DNA from: Candidatus Woesearchaeota archaeon
Lineage (GTDB): Archaea > Nanobdellota > Nanobdellia > Pacearchaeales > GW2011-AR1
Reading direction: 5' to 3'
Assembly (NCBI GenBank): GCA_964518625.1
Contig: CAZFHC010000001.1
Span: 111-64,110, forward strand
DNA length: 64,000 nucleotides
Positions 9,731-20,297 of the stretch are shown here, in pieces. The number at the start of each line of letters is the position of its first letter. The stretch's first letter is position 1. A program made the translations under genes and the position numbers. The notes under the pieces were generated by a model. The model saw nothing but the letters and a program-made list of their open reading frames with translations, ran no database searches and was not told the origin of the DNA.

Positions 9731-10271
9731 CTAATTCCTCCTGTTGTAAAATAAAGATTACTGTGTTTTCTTCTGGGATTGTAAAATAATATACATTGTC
9801 TTCAAATTCTACATTGATATTTTCATTTGGATTTACTATTTCTGTTTTACTACCTACTGTACTTGATGTTGTTAAGCTTCCTGTTTGGACTGTAATTGAA
9901 CTTTGTCGTGATGCAGTCCCTGAGATTGTTTGGTCATCTACTGCTATTCCTTCTGCACCATTATTGTATACTGTTACACTTTTTTTATTCCCGTAAATCA
10001 TTACAAAATTTAAATTTGGATCTTGATCTAAAAGCGTTGCTGAAACTTTACTTACAAAATCTTCTATTTCTTCATCATCTAATTCTGGGTTTTGTTGATA
10101 AACTCTATAATTTTGGATTTGAGCAACTTCCCTGTCTAATATTTCTGAGTAATCGTTTACTTTATTTGATTGGGCTTGTGTTGTTACTTGATTAACTGTT
10201 AAGCTTATACTAAAGATTAATGCTGATATTATTACTGCTGTTAGAATGAAAAACTGACCTCTTTTGTCCAT
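9705..10271 (-). CDS. Archaeal pilin-like protein (class III signal peptide)
   Basis: MDKRG|QFFILTAVII hydrophobic N-terminal helix. Confidence 0.8.
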   Translation of the reverse strand: MDKRGQFFILTAVIISALIFSISLTVNQVTTQAQSNKVNDYSEILDREVAQIQNYRVYQQNPELDDEEIEDFVSKVSATLLDQDPNLNFVMIYGNKKSVTVYNNGAEGIAVDDQTISGTASRQSSITVQTGSLTTSSTVGSKTEIVNPNENINVEFEDNVYYFTIPEENTVIFILQQEELDENFIVFK

Positions 10272-10359
10272 GTATTAATGAACGCTAGAGTATTTATAAA
10301 ATACACGTTTCTAACGTCTATAAATATTTAATATATAAGAAAAAAAGAAAAAGAAAAAA

Positions 10360-10500
10360 TTAAAGAATTATTTCGATGCCGTTCTCTGAACGTTCCCATC
10401 TTCCTTGTCCATAAAGACGTTGAAGAAGTTTGTCTAGCTTTGTAGCTTCGACATTAGGATCGTTATTTGGATCATAGAACCTTTGAATTGAAACCTTCAT
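10360..10500 (-). CDS. Small 46-aa protein below the ORF-track cutoff (MKVSIQRFYDPNNDPNVEATKLDKLLQRLYGQGRWERSENGIEIIL)
   Basis: Strong SD GGAGGTGA just upstream of ATG, TATA-like element further upstream, long T-tract right after the TAA. Confidence 0.7.
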   Translation of the reverse strand: MKVSIQRFYDPNNDPNVEATKLDKLLQRLYGQGRWERSENGIEIIL

Positions 10501-10749
10501 CTTTTCACCTCCATGATGTACTAAATGAGTATTTCTTTATATATAATATTAAGATTGAAACTATATCTTTCGATAGAATTTTGTTTATATAGTGATTGAC
10601 TTGCTAGTGGTTGTCATGAATTGGAGAGTAGTGCTTTGTAATTTGTAAGTAGAATCGTATTAGATTCCGGTAGTAACTTAAGTTTAAAAGGTCATTTAAA
10701 AGAATGTTGTTTTAAATAAATTTATAAAAGATTTCGCCTAAGATTCTGT

Positions 10750-11019
10750 ATGGATGAGACAACTTGGCATGAGGTTTCTGATAAAGAAAGAGAAGAAATT
10801 AAAAAAAACGCTAAAGATATTTTGAAAGATTTTTCTAAGAAATTGAATGCAATTAATTGTGATAAGAAACATTTTGAGTCTTCTATTAGTAATAATGGTT
10901 TACGTGAAGAAGGAGAATGTTGGGAAACTGAAGAGGATTTTAGAGATTTAACTTTGCTAAATGCTCCATTTGTTGAAGATGAGTTTATTACAGCTGAGAA
11001 AGCAAGTTGGAACAAATAA
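10750..11019 (+). CDS. gatC: Asp/Glu-tRNA amidotransferase subunit C-like
   Basis: Size and C-terminal LRE...LLNAP..EDEFI pattern. Confidence 0.65.
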   Translation: MDETTWHEVSDKEREEIKKNAKDILKDFSKKLNAINCDKKHFESSISNNGLREEGECWETEEDFRDLTLLNAPFVEDEFITAEKASWNK

Positions 11020-11022
11020 TTT

Positions 11023-12465
11023 ATGGTAAAAAATAGTGGTGATAAGTTGGAAGAGGTTATACCTGACCATCCTATTATTGAAAAAAAGATTCAAAAAACT
11101 TTAAAATTGAGTGTTAAGGAGGGTTGTGTTGCAAATATTTCTACTTCATTGGGTCCATCATATTTTGCTCCTTTTGCTCTTGCAGTTGGTGCTACGGCTC
11201 CTCAGATAGGAATCTTAAGTGCTTTTGCTTATTTGCTTCCTGGAATCTCACAATTTAACAATTCTAGAAAATTTAAAGAAAATAAAAAGAAAAAAATCAT
11301 TGTCACTAGAATATTATTGGCTTATTCACTTTTGCTTATTTTGGCTTTTACAGGATTTTTATTTTTAAATAATTTTAATCATCTTGTTTGGGCTATTATT
11401 GCTATTGTTGGTTTATATTATTATATTATCGGTCCTGCCTCTAGTTATTGGTATGTTTGGATGGGAACTCTTGTTAAAGATAATGATAGAGCCAAATATT
11501 TTTCGAATCGTTTGAAGTTAAATCAAACAGCTGGACTTATTGCTATGATTCTATCTGCTTTATTTCTAGATTTTATGAAAAGATATAATCCTAGTTTAAC
11601 TGTTGAATATACTATTTATGCTTTTATTTTATTGTTCTTTCTTTCTTTTTTATTTAGAATAAGAGATGTTTTGTTGTTAAATAAACATTATGAGCCTCAT
11701 TTAAAGATTAAAAAAAAGGAGGAGATTTCATTTAAGAGATTTTTGAAAGAAGAACCAAAAACTCCTTTTGGAAAATTTGTTATGTTTATGGGAGTTTTTA
11801 ACCTTAGTATGGCAATTGCAAGTCCATTTTTTACTCTGTATATGTTACAGGTTTTGAATTTTTCTTATACTTGGTTTATTTTTACAACTATTGGTGCTGT
11901 CCTTTTAAATATTGTAAGCTTACCTTTGCTTAGAAAAATCTCTGATAAATATGGAAGTATCTTTTTAACAAAACTATCTTGTTTTTCTATTAGTTTGATT
12001 CCCTTATTTTGGATTTCTACTTTTTTTATTGTATTGAGTGAATTCTGGCTTTTTACTTATGTTATGTTATTTATGTCAATTCTTTATGGTATTGGAAGTG
12101 CTGGACTTATTTTAGTAGGAAGAACTTATACTTATGATGCAAATAAAACTCAAAATAGAAAATATGCTTTCCCTTATTTAAATTTGGTTGTTGGGATTGG
12201 AGCATTTATTGGTTCATTATTAGGTGCTTTGTTAGCATTCTTAGATATTAATTTGATGGGAAGTAGTTTGTTGATTATTTTTATTGTTTCTTTTGTTTTT
12301 AGAATTGTATCGACAATTGTTGGAAGTAAAAATTTACATGAAGTTAGAAAAACTGATAAATTTAAAGCTGAATATTTTATTCGTGATTTAAAACCATTTC
12401 ATTCTTTGAATAGAGGAAGTCATCGTTTTGGACACCATAATTATGAGGTAGTCCATCACATTTAA
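11023..12465 (+). CDS. MFS transporter
   Basis: About 12 TM helices; ISDKYG loop motif. Confidence 0.85.
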   Translation: MVKNSGDKLEEVIPDHPIIEKKIQKTLKLSVKEGCVANISTSLGPSYFAPFALAVGATAPQIGILSAFAYLLPGISQFNNSRKFKENKKKKIIVTRILLAYSLLLILAFTGFLFLNNFNHLVWAIIAIVGLYYYIIGPASSYWYVWMGTLVKDNDRAKYFSNRLKLNQTAGLIAMILSALFLDFMKRYNPSLTVEYTIYAFILLFFLSFLFRIRDVLLLNKHYEPHLKIKKKEEISFKRFLKEEPKTPFGKFVMFMGVFNLSMAIASPFFTLYMLQVLNFSYTWFIFTTIGAVLLNIVSLPLLRKISDKYGSIFLTKLSCFSISLIPLFWISTFFIVLSEFWLFTYVMLFMSILYGIGSAGLILVGRTYTYDANKTQNRKYAFPYLNLVVGIGAFIGSLLGALLAFLDINLMGSSLLIIFIVSFVFRIVSTIVGSKNLHEVRKTDKFKAEYFIRDLKPFHSLNRGSHRFGHHNYEVVHHI

Positions 12466-12489
12466 ATATTCAAATTCATTATTTTAAAT

Positions 12490-13104
12490 ATGAAAAAGCA
12501 AAAATGTCCGTCGTGTGCAAAAAAGATTGAGAAAGATTTTAATTACTGTCCTTGGTGTGGTGCTGGAATTAAGAATATTCAGAAAAAAGATAATTATGGT
12601 ATGCTTGGAACGGATGATAATGTAAATGGGAATATGTTTTCTAAGGAAATTAAGTTGCCTTTTGGAATGGATAAAATGGTTAGCTCTTTAATGAAACAAT
12701 TAGAAAAAGAAATGGGGAATGCTGGTAAAGATATAAACGATATGCCTAAAGGATTTAATATTAAAATTCATACTGGGAAACCTGTTCATATGAATAAAGT
12801 TGTTAATCAAAATAATATTGTCAAAGCTCCAGTTGTTAGTGATGAGGAAAGAATCCGGCGATCTAAATTACCAAGAAAAGAAGCTATTTCTAAAATAAAG
12901 AGATTAGCTGATAGACTTATTTATGAGATTGAAACTCCTGGAATTAAGGATAATTCTCAAGTTGCTATTGCTAAATTGGAAAAAGGATTTGAAATAAGAT
13001 CTTTTACTAAAAATTGTTGTTATATAAAAAATATTCCTTTAAATATGCAATTGATGAATGTTAAAATTAAGAAAGATTTAGTTTTAATTGAATTCAAAAA
13101 TTAA
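12490..13104 (+). CDS. Zinc-ribbon protein with Hsp20-like C-terminal domain
   Basis: CPSC...CPWCG; C-terminal beta-rich YEIETPGI...FEIR. Confidence 0.65.
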   Translation: MKKQKCPSCAKKIEKDFNYCPWCGAGIKNIQKKDNYGMLGTDDNVNGNMFSKEIKLPFGMDKMVSSLMKQLEKEMGNAGKDINDMPKGFNIKIHTGKPVHMNKVVNQNNIVKAPVVSDEERIRRSKLPRKEAISKIKRLADRLIYEIETPGIKDNSQVAIAKLEKGFEIRSFTKNCCYIKNIPLNMQLMNVKIKKDLVLIEFKN

Positions 13105-13105
13105 T

Positions 13106-14239
13106 ATGAATGTTGAAGATTTTTTTAGTAAATTTAGAAAACGAATTACTTTTAATTATGATAGATTTAAATTGTTTTTTGATGTAAATCAGTTGATTTT
13201 TAGTTCAATTTATGTTGATAAGGGAACTTTGCATTTACTTAACTCTTTTAGGAAAACTTGTAATGTAAATTATGGGCGAATTTTGGATGTTGGCTGTGGT
13301 TATGGTTCAATTGGAATTTATTTAAAAAAGAAATATTTTGATTCTTATGTAGAATGTGTTGATAGGGATGCTTTATCTTTGGAATTTTGTCAACATAATG
13401 CTATTTTAAATAATTGTAATATTAATGTTCATCCTAGTCTAGGATATAATTCTGTTGATGGTAAATTTGATTTGATTTGTTCTAATTATCCTGCTAAGGC
13501 TGGTAAAAATGCTTTGAAAGATTTTGTTTATAATGCTTCTAGATTTTTGGAAAAGGATGGTGTTTTAGCTATTGTAATTGTAAAAGAATTGGTTGAAGAT
13601 TTTAAAGATATATTAAAAGATGAAATCCAAATTATTTATGAAGAAGCCTCTAGTGGGCATGTGGTTTATCATATTAAATTTAGTGATGTTTTGAATTTTG
13701 ATGAGAATAATTATTCTAGAGGTAATAATGAATTTATTATTGGAAATGAAAAATATATTTTGGATTGTGCTTATAATATTGCTGAGTTTGAAGATATTAG
13801 TTTTTCTAGTTGTGCAATTATCGAAATTTTGAAAAATTTATCTACTAAAAAAATTGATGTAATTCGTCCTTTCCAGGGTTATTTGCCATTAGCTATTTCA
13901 TATTATTTGAAACCCGAAAAAATTAATTTAATATCTAGAGATTTGTTATCTTTGACATTCTCTTCTAAAAATTTAGAAACTTTTGGCTTCAAAAATATTA
14001 GAATATTTCATCAGTTTTTAAGTGATAATAGAAAGGGTGAGCTTCTTGTTTGGAATGTTGATAAAGAATTGGAATTTGAACAATTTAAGTTTGAGATTGC
14101 TATGGTTTTGAAAAATTTTGATACTGTTGTTATTGGTGGAAAGAAATCAAAGCTTATGCGTTTTATGAAGGATTCTGGAATTGATTATTCTAAGAAAATT
14201 GAAATTAAAAATGCTGTTGCTTTGATATTAAAAAGTTAA
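13106..14239 (+). CDS. Class I SAM methyltransferase (RsmC/MTS-like, tandem domains)
   Basis: IFSS..VDKGT.LL, ILDVGCGYGSIG, CSNYP; degenerate second copy of the domain. Confidence 0.8.
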   Translation: MNVEDFFSKFRKRITFNYDRFKLFFDVNQLIFSSIYVDKGTLHLLNSFRKTCNVNYGRILDVGCGYGSIGIYLKKKYFDSYVECVDRDALSLEFCQHNAILNNCNINVHPSLGYNSVDGKFDLICSNYPAKAGKNALKDFVYNASRFLEKDGVLAIVIVKELVEDFKDILKDEIQIIYEEASSGHVVYHIKFSDVLNFDENNYSRGNNEFIIGNEKYILDCAYNIAEFEDISFSSCAIIEILKNLSTKKIDVIRPFQGYLPLAISYYLKPEKINLISRDLLSLTFSSKNLETFGFKNIRIFHQFLSDNRKGELLVWNVDKELEFEQFKFEIAMVLKNFDTVVIGGKKSKLMRFMKDSGIDYSKKIEIKNAVALILKS

Positions 14240-14820
14240 GATAATTGAAGAGCTTCTTTTATTGAATCAATTGAATCAATTGCTATTTGAAAAAATATTG
14301 AAAGTTCTAATCCTGCTTTTTCTATTTCTTTTATTATTTCTCTGTTACATGTTTGAGCAAATGCTTTATTCTTGAATCTCTTTTTTAGCCCTTTAACTTG
14401 CATGTCAGATATTTTTTTACCTCGCATTAAAGCATATGCATAGATTATTCCAGTTAGTGTTTCTGATGCTGCAAGACAGTATTCTATTTTTTGTGTTCGT
14501 TGTTTATCTTTGAACTCTGGAATAATATCATGTCCATATGTATGGCTTTGCATTATTTTTATTGTCTCTTCATCAAAACCTAATTTTTTTAGCATATTTA
14601 CCATTTGTATTCCATGATTTGCAACATCATTTTTTGTATTTGCCCAATCTATATCATGTAAAAGTCCTAACATTGCCCAATATTCTTCGTTCTCTCCAAA
14701 ATATTTTGCTAATCCTTTCATAATTGCTTCGGATTCTAGATAATGATTCATTTGAGATTGATCATTGTTTAAACTTATCAAGAATTCTATTGCTTGTTCT
14801 CTTGTTATTGGTAGATTCAT
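14236..14820 (-). CDS. HD (HDIG) domain metal-dependent hydrolase
   Basis: H..ESE.IM...GLLHDID...SH. Confidence 0.85.
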   Translation of the reverse strand: MNLPITREQAIEFLISLNNDQSQMNHYLESEAIMKGLAKYFGENEEYWAMLGLLHDIDWANTKNDVANHGIQMVNMLKKLGFDEETIKIMQSHTYGHDIIPEFKDKQRTQKIEYCLAASETLTGIIYAYALMRGKKISDMQVKGLKKRFKNKAFAQTCNREIIKEIEKAGLELSIFFQIAIDSIDSIKEALQLS

Positions 14821-16310
14821 TTTATTGTATTAAGCAATTCTATTATTTTATCTTGTCCTATTGAACGAATAAAACCTGCTAATCTTGGACCTTTTGATTT
14901 ATTAATAATAGCTCTATATGATATATCAAAGAATTCTTTATTTGTAATTCCTGTTTTTTCAAATATTTCATAAAATTCCCCTAACATTTCTTTATCAGTC
15001 TCATATTCTTGAATTTCTAAAACTTTTTTTAATTCTAATAATACTTCTTTTTCTTTATCGGTAAAATTTTCAGTTATTTTTTCTTGCACTGAAAACTTCA
15101 TATCATCTCCAGCATATTTTGATAACCAGTTTGAAACTTTCTCTGCTCTTAATTTGCTCTCTGAATTTAGATCATTTGTTTTACCTAATTGGACTAATGT
15201 GATTAAATGTCTAAACCCTTCTCTTTCTGGTTTTAATTTTGGAATATTTAATACTGAATATTCATAGATCATCTTTTCTTGTGGATTCACTTTTTCTTCA
15301 AAATATTTTGTTTCTAATCTATCAAAATCTTCATAAATTTTTATTACATCATTATCAAAACTTATTTGAAATTTTGACTTTGGTTTTGTTCCTGTAAATA
15401 AATATCTTAAAATACTTGATTCATATACTGACTCAACTTCATCTAATGTCATTGCATTTCCTGAAGAACTTGAAAATTCTCCTCCACCTTTTACACTAAT
15501 CCATTCATAAAATTGATAAATTGGTGGCTCAAATCCAAATATCTCTTGTGATATTTCTTTTGATGTCGTAAAAGATCCTCCATGAACACTATGATCTATT
15601 CCTCCTGGTTCAAAATCTACACCTTCATAATACCATCTTAATGGCCAATCTACTCTCCATTTTATGCTAACAATTCCCTTTTTTCTTATGTCAAATGTTT
15701 CTTTATATCCACATTTACATTCATATTCAATATTATATCCATCAGTTGAAAGTATTTTTGTCATATCTTTTTTACATTTATCACAATATATCATTATTGG
15801 CATCCAATCTTCTGCTAATGGTTCTCTTCTATACTTATCTAAAATATCCATTATTTTTCTTCTTTTTTCTAATGATAATTTTATTAAATCTGCATAAGAT
15901 GATTTCTTATTCATTTTATTTTGATAAATATACTCTGCTTGAATATCTATTTTTGATAGTGATTTTTCAAATACTTTTTCATTGTATTCTGAGTATGTCA
16001 TATTTGGATTATTAGGTGAAGGAATATCACTTATTGGCATTCCTAAATATTTTTCATAATTTACATCTACTCCTTTTGGTACTTTTCTAAATCTGTCATA
16101 ATCATCCCAAGAATAAATAAATCTTACCTTTTTTCCTTTGTCTCGTAATGCTTTTACAACCATGAATGTTGTGATTACTTCTCTAAAATTCCCAATATGG
16201 ACTTGACCTGATGGTGTAATCCCTGATGCACAGACATATTCTTCTTTGTCTCCTTTTTGTTTGATTATGTTCTCTGCAACAGCGTCTGCCCAAAAAAATT
16301 TCTCTGCCAT
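14817..16310 (-). CDS. lysS: Lysine--tRNA ligase, class I
   Basis: SGITPSG.VHIGNFRE, WRVDWP.RW, FEPGG.DH, FSSSSGN. Confidence 0.96.
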   Translation of the reverse strand: MAEKFFWADAVAENIIKQKGDKEEYVCASGITPSGQVHIGNFREVITTFMVVKALRDKGKKVRFIYSWDDYDRFRKVPKGVDVNYEKYLGMPISDIPSPNNPNMTYSEYNEKVFEKSLSKIDIQAEYIYQNKMNKKSSYADLIKLSLEKRRKIMDILDKYRREPLAEDWMPIMIYCDKCKKDMTKILSTDGYNIEYECKCGYKETFDIRKKGIVSIKWRVDWPLRWYYEGVDFEPGGIDHSVHGGSFTTSKEISQEIFGFEPPIYQFYEWISVKGGGEFSSSSGNAMTLDEVESVYESSILRYLFTGTKPKSKFQISFDNDVIKIYEDFDRLETKYFEEKVNPQEKMIYEYSVLNIPKLKPEREGFRHLITLVQLGKTNDLNSESKLRAEKVSNWLSKYAGDDMKFSVQEKITENFTDKEKEVLLELKKVLEIQEYETDKEMLGEFYEIFEKTGITNKEFFDISYRAIINKSKGPRLAGFIRSIGQDKIIELLNTIK

Positions 16311-16344
16311 AATATTTTATGTTTATGAGGGTTTTTAAGATTTG

Positions 16345-16623
16345 TTAAAACCTTAGAATTTTAAATTCTTTGAAGTCTCCACTCCATTTCCTTGCTTCTG
16401 CTTGAATGTTTCTTATTTGAGAATGTTTTGGTCCTTTAGCAATTATTTTTGACAATTGTTCTATCATATTATCATCTCCCTCAACTACAATTTCTACATC
16501 ACTGTTTGTCAAATTTCTGATATAACCTTTCAATTTTAACAACTCAGCATTTTCTTTTACAAACTGTCTATAGAAAACTCCTTGAACACTTCCCTGAACT
16601 ATAATTTTAGCAGCTGCTTTCAT
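16345..16623 (-). CDS. acyP: Acylphosphatase
   Basis: G.VQGVFYR and GYIRNL..SDVE. Confidence 0.93.
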   Translation of the reverse strand: MKAAAKIIVQGSVQGVFYRQFVKENAELLKLKGYIRNLTNSDVEIVVEGDDNMIEQLSKIIAKGPKHSQIRNIQAEARKWSGDFKEFKILRF

Positions 16624-16665
16624 ATTGGGAAAAAGTAAAATTTGTTAATAAATGTTTGGGGGATA

Positions 16666-17013
16666 TTAAGTTCGCATTGCAAGATATGAATTTGGATTAT
16701 CTAAAATGGGATCTTGTTGTTCTAAATAAAATTCTTTAAACTCAGTTTTTATACCCAACTTACAACATAAATTATCAATTTCTTGACATTCTTCAAGTCT
16801 CTGAGGATTGTAATTAATTATAGCTTTAGAATTATTTTTGTCATAATTTAAAAAAAATATATTTTCCTCTCCGATTTCTATATGTGGAGTCGATTTTACT
16901 ATTATTTTATAATTTTTTATTTCTATTGATGGTGTAGTGTAATTATGTGAATTAAAAACTTCAAAAACTTTAGTCTTTATTTTTAAAAAATCTTTATTCT
17001 CTAATTTTGACAT
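16666..17013 (-). CDS. Hypothetical protein
   Basis: ORF only, with a TATA-like element upstream. Confidence 0.55.
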   Translation of the reverse strand: MSKLENKDFLKIKTKVFEVFNSHNYTTPSIEIKNYKIIVKSTPHIEIGEENIFFLNYDKNNSKAIINYNPQRLEECQEIDNLCCKLGIKTEFKEFYLEQQDPILDNPNSYLAMRT

Positions 17014-17095
17014 TTTCTTTTTAGGTACGTTGAGTTTATAAAATTTATGTTAATCTGTTATAATGTTTCATCTCTCTTTTAGGTCTATCTTAATA

Positions 17096-17671
17096 TTATC
17101 CTCTATCAATCTCATTATGAATAATTATCATCACTTGAGATGCAAATAGAGTTTTTGGACCTACTGTCATCCTATCAATTTGTTTCAGAAATTTTTGTTT
17201 ATCTCTTGGGAAACCTTCATGGTCTCCTATTATGAATACTTCGTTCCCTTTTAACTCCATTTCTCGTATATCCTTTCCTTTTTTATCTAAGAGAAAAATA
17301 TTTTTTCCTTCCTTATCTAAATCTTGAATTAATTTCTCAAATGATTTTTTTTCTATTGAACATCCTGGCATTATTTCTTTTAATCCTTCTTTTCTTGGAG
17401 ATTTGTAAAGCATTTTTTTTATTAATCCTGCTACATCTTTTTTTGAAATTGGCATTTTTTCATTTGATTCTAGAACTAGATGTCTTGGTGGATTAGGTTG
17501 TCCTTCAAATATTAAATGTAGTTTTATATCGTCTCGCATTGCATTTGAAACAAAGAGTGTTGAAATTATAACATTACAAACTATATCCATTCGTCCTGCT
17601 TTCATCAAGTTTTCTTTAATTAAATTACCTGCGGTTACTGCATGTTGGGAATAATAAATAAATTCTCTCAT
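17096..17671 (-). CDS. trmY: tRNA (pseudouridine54-N1)-methyltransferase, SPOUT family
   Basis: MREFI...AGRMDIVC...FIIGDHEG...VG...LFASQ...IHNEIDR. Confidence 0.88.
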   Translation of the reverse strand: MREFIYYSQHAVTAGNLIKENLMKAGRMDIVCNVIISTLFVSNAMRDDIKLHLIFEGQPNPPRHLVLESNEKMPISKKDVAGLIKKMLYKSPRKEGLKEIMPGCSIEKKSFEKLIQDLDKEGKNIFLLDKKGKDIREMELKGNEVFIIGDHEGFPRDKQKFLKQIDRMTVGPKTLFASQVMIIIHNEIDRG

Positions 17672-17728
17672 AAAATATTTAATAATTAGGAATATATAAG
17701 TTCGATTATAAGGTTTAATAAAAGTAGT

Positions 17729-19156
17729 CTATTTTTTCTTCTTCTTTGTGTAAAACTTAATTGCTTCTGCTAGTTCTTTGTGATTTTTTGCATATGTTTT
17801 GATACTGATTCCTTTTTTATATGCTTCACATGATTGTACTAAAGCTTTTGCTCCTGCTTTTGTTCCTTTTGGATGTGCATGACATCCTGCACCCATTGTT
17901 GTTATGAAGTCTATGCTTCCTAGAATATCTATGAATGGTTTCAATAATGTTGGATCTAATCCTCCCGAAATTATTGGAGCACATTTTTTTACACCTCTCC
18001 ATGAATCATCTTCTAATATAAGATGATGAGCCATATCTTTATGTGTTAATTTTATTGAATCTCTATCTTTTGCAGGGATTTTAGACCATGATTGTTCAAA
18101 GAAATGACCTTTTGCTTGAAATTGTAATATTCCTCTTGCTGATGTTGCATCTTCTGTTGGTGTTCCTGCCATTTTACCTACCCCTGCTGTTCCTGTGTGA
18201 ATTCCTGATGCTCCTGCTAATCTTGCAAATTTTGACAAAACCAATACTGTCATCCCTATTGGGTTTTCTGGCCTTGTAAAAGCTCCATGAGCTGCTCTAT
18301 GGAAGTGTATGAAGACCTCTGGATATCTTCTTCGTAATGTTTGTACTGCCATCCAACCTGCTGTTATACCATCTATTAAAAAAGCATAACTTCCTGGCTC
18401 AAATCCGGCATTTTTAATCATTTCACATCTTTTAATCATTGTATCAAAATCTGCAGCAGATACATTAAATGAATGAACTTTCTTCTTTTTTGTTTTCTTC
18501 ACAGCTTTGTCCATTGCTTCTTTTACATGAGCAACCATTTTTTCATAAGGACAAAAATCTTGATCTGCTTGTGGTTCATCATTTTTTACAAAATCTCCAC
18601 CACCAACCCAAAAGTCATAACAGACTTCTGCATATTCTGCTGATGTTAATCCCATCTTTGGTTTTACAATTGTTCCTAATATTGGTCTATTATAAACATT
18701 CAAATATTTTCGCATATCATCTATTGTATAACTTGGTCCATCATATTGTTCTAGCATTGCTTCTGGAAACCAAACATCTAATAATTTTAATGCTGATACT
18801 TCTTTCATCCCTAACACATTTCCTATAATGTATGTTAATATGTTTTGAACATTTCCTGTTCTATCGAATAATCTCCATGGATATGCTATCCAAACCAAAT
18901 CCCTTTTTTGATCAATTTGATAAATTAAAGCGTTCATTTCTCTTGAAAATGCTGTTTCTGTTTGAACTTTAAAGTTTGTTCCTGTTGAAGATTCTGCTGC
19001 AATTTCCGAGGCTGCTTGTAGAATATTTAATCCCTCTCCTGCTTTTAGTGTAAAAATTCCTAGAAGATATTCACCATTTTTTACATTTGGTATATCAAAG
19101 TTTACATACGCTTTTTGCTTATCATTAAGTGTTTCATAAAGTTCTTTTATATCCAT
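17729..19156 (-). CDS. rbcL: Ribulose-1,5-bisphosphate carboxylase, form II/III
   Basis: AAESSTGT, GTIVKPKMGL, GGDFVKNDE, HFHRAAHG, GKM, SGG; about 29-aa insert before the SGG strand. Confidence 0.93.
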   Translation of the reverse strand: MDIKELYETLNDKQKAYVNFDIPNVKNGEYLLGIFTLKAGEGLNILQAASEIAAESSTGTNFKVQTETAFSREMNALIYQIDQKRDLVWIAYPWRLFDRTGNVQNILTYIIGNVLGMKEVSALKLLDVWFPEAMLEQYDGPSYTIDDMRKYLNVYNRPILGTIVKPKMGLTSAEYAEVCYDFWVGGGDFVKNDEPQADQDFCPYEKMVAHVKEAMDKAVKKTKKKKVHSFNVSAADFDTMIKRCEMIKNAGFEPGSYAFLIDGITAGWMAVQTLRRRYPEVFIHFHRAAHGAFTRPENPIGMTVLVLSKFARLAGASGIHTGTAGVGKMAGTPTEDATSARGILQFQAKGHFFEQSWSKIPAKDRDSIKLTHKDMAHHLILEDDSWRGVKKCAPIISGGLDPTLLKPFIDILGSIDFITTMGAGCHAHPKGTKAGAKALVQSCEAYKKGISIKTYAKNHKELAEAIKFYTKKKKK

Positions 19157-19358
19157 ATCGTCTCTCTTGATTTGTTAAAGGAGATGTTCTTTTTAAAAGT
19201 TTGGAGGATTTGAATTATTTTTTTATGTTTTAAATTTAATATTTTCTATTTAGACTGTATAAAATTTAACTTAATACTAGTATCATACGTCTTATTATAA
19301 CAAAAATTAATAAATAATCAAACTAAACATTTATAAAGAAATTTTATGACAATTTAAT

Positions 19359-19625
19359 ATGGTAAATGCAAAAGTTGTGCAATTTAGAAGAGGAAGAAAA
19401 ACATTCAAGCCTAAACATTTTTTGATTGAAATTGATGGTATTGATAGTAGAGATAAAGCGAAAGAGTTTGTTGGTAAAAATGTTAGTTGGACTTCTACTG
19501 GTAAAGAACCTAAAATTATTGATGGTATTATAAAATCTGCTCATGGGAATAGTGGTGTTGTTAGAGCACTTTTCGAGCGTGGTTTACCTGGTCAGTCTAT
19601 TGGTACAGAGGTAAAGATAGAATAA
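19359..19625 (+). CDS. rpl35ae: 50S ribosomal protein eL33 (L35Ae)
   Basis: FRRG...HGNSGVVRA.F..GLPGQSIG. Confidence 0.95.
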   Translation: MVNAKVVQFRRGRKTFKPKHFLIEIDGIDSRDKAKEFVGKNVSWTSTGKEPKIIDGIIKSAHGNSGVVRALFERGLPGQSIGTEVKIE

Positions 19626-20155
19626 TGGCACTTAGGAAAGGATCTGCATATTCAAAAAGAAAGGCAAGACCTTATACTAGAAAATCTAAAGTTAGAAGTA
19701 AATCTTATATTAAAACTATTCCAAACTCAAAAGTTGTTAAATATAAGATGGGTGATATTAAAGGTTTTATTGATGAACAATTTCCTATCCAAATTCATGT
19801 TATTGCAAAGACTAGATCTCAAATCAGAGATAATCCACTTGAAGCTGTTAGACAGTATTTGAACAGATGGTTACAAAAAAAAGTTGGTAAGGATTTCTAT
19901 TTAGAAGTTAAGGTTTATCCACATCATATTTTAAGAGAAAATAAAATGCTTACTGGTGCTGGAGCTGATCGTATGCAAACTGGTATGGCTCGTGCTTTTG
20001 GAAAATCTATGGGTAGAGCTGCTATAGTAAAACCTGGACAGACACTTTTTATTGTTGGTGTTAAAACTGTAAAACATGAGATTGAAGCTAGAAAATTGAT
20101 TAAATCTATTAAAGCTAGATTACCTTGTAGTGTTGGAACAGTAACTATTAACTAA
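19625..20155 (+). CDS. rpl10e: 50S ribosomal protein uL16 (L10e)
   Basis: YPHHILRENKMLTGAGADRMQTGM.RAFGK. Confidence 0.96.
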   Translation: MALRKGSAYSKRKARPYTRKSKVRSKSYIKTIPNSKVVKYKMGDIKGFIDEQFPIQIHVIAKTRSQIRDNPLEAVRQYLNRWLQKKVGKDFYLEVKVYPHHILRENKMLTGAGADRMQTGMARAFGKSMGRAAIVKPGQTLFIVGVKTVKHEIEARKLIKSIKARLPCSVGTVTIN

Positions 20156-20297
20156 ATTTGAATTTTTAGTAGTTTTGTAAATTTTTTTATAGAACAATTA
20201 TATTGTATAAAGTTATTTTATATTGCATTTTTACCCATGTCACCTTTAAGTGACTACAAACAAAAAGGCTTTTAAAGCTATTATTATTACTATAACT

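Noticed and set aside
10616..10648. 10-codon ORF MNWRVVLCNL upstream of gatC
   Set aside because: Too short, with no supporting signal or recognisable function.
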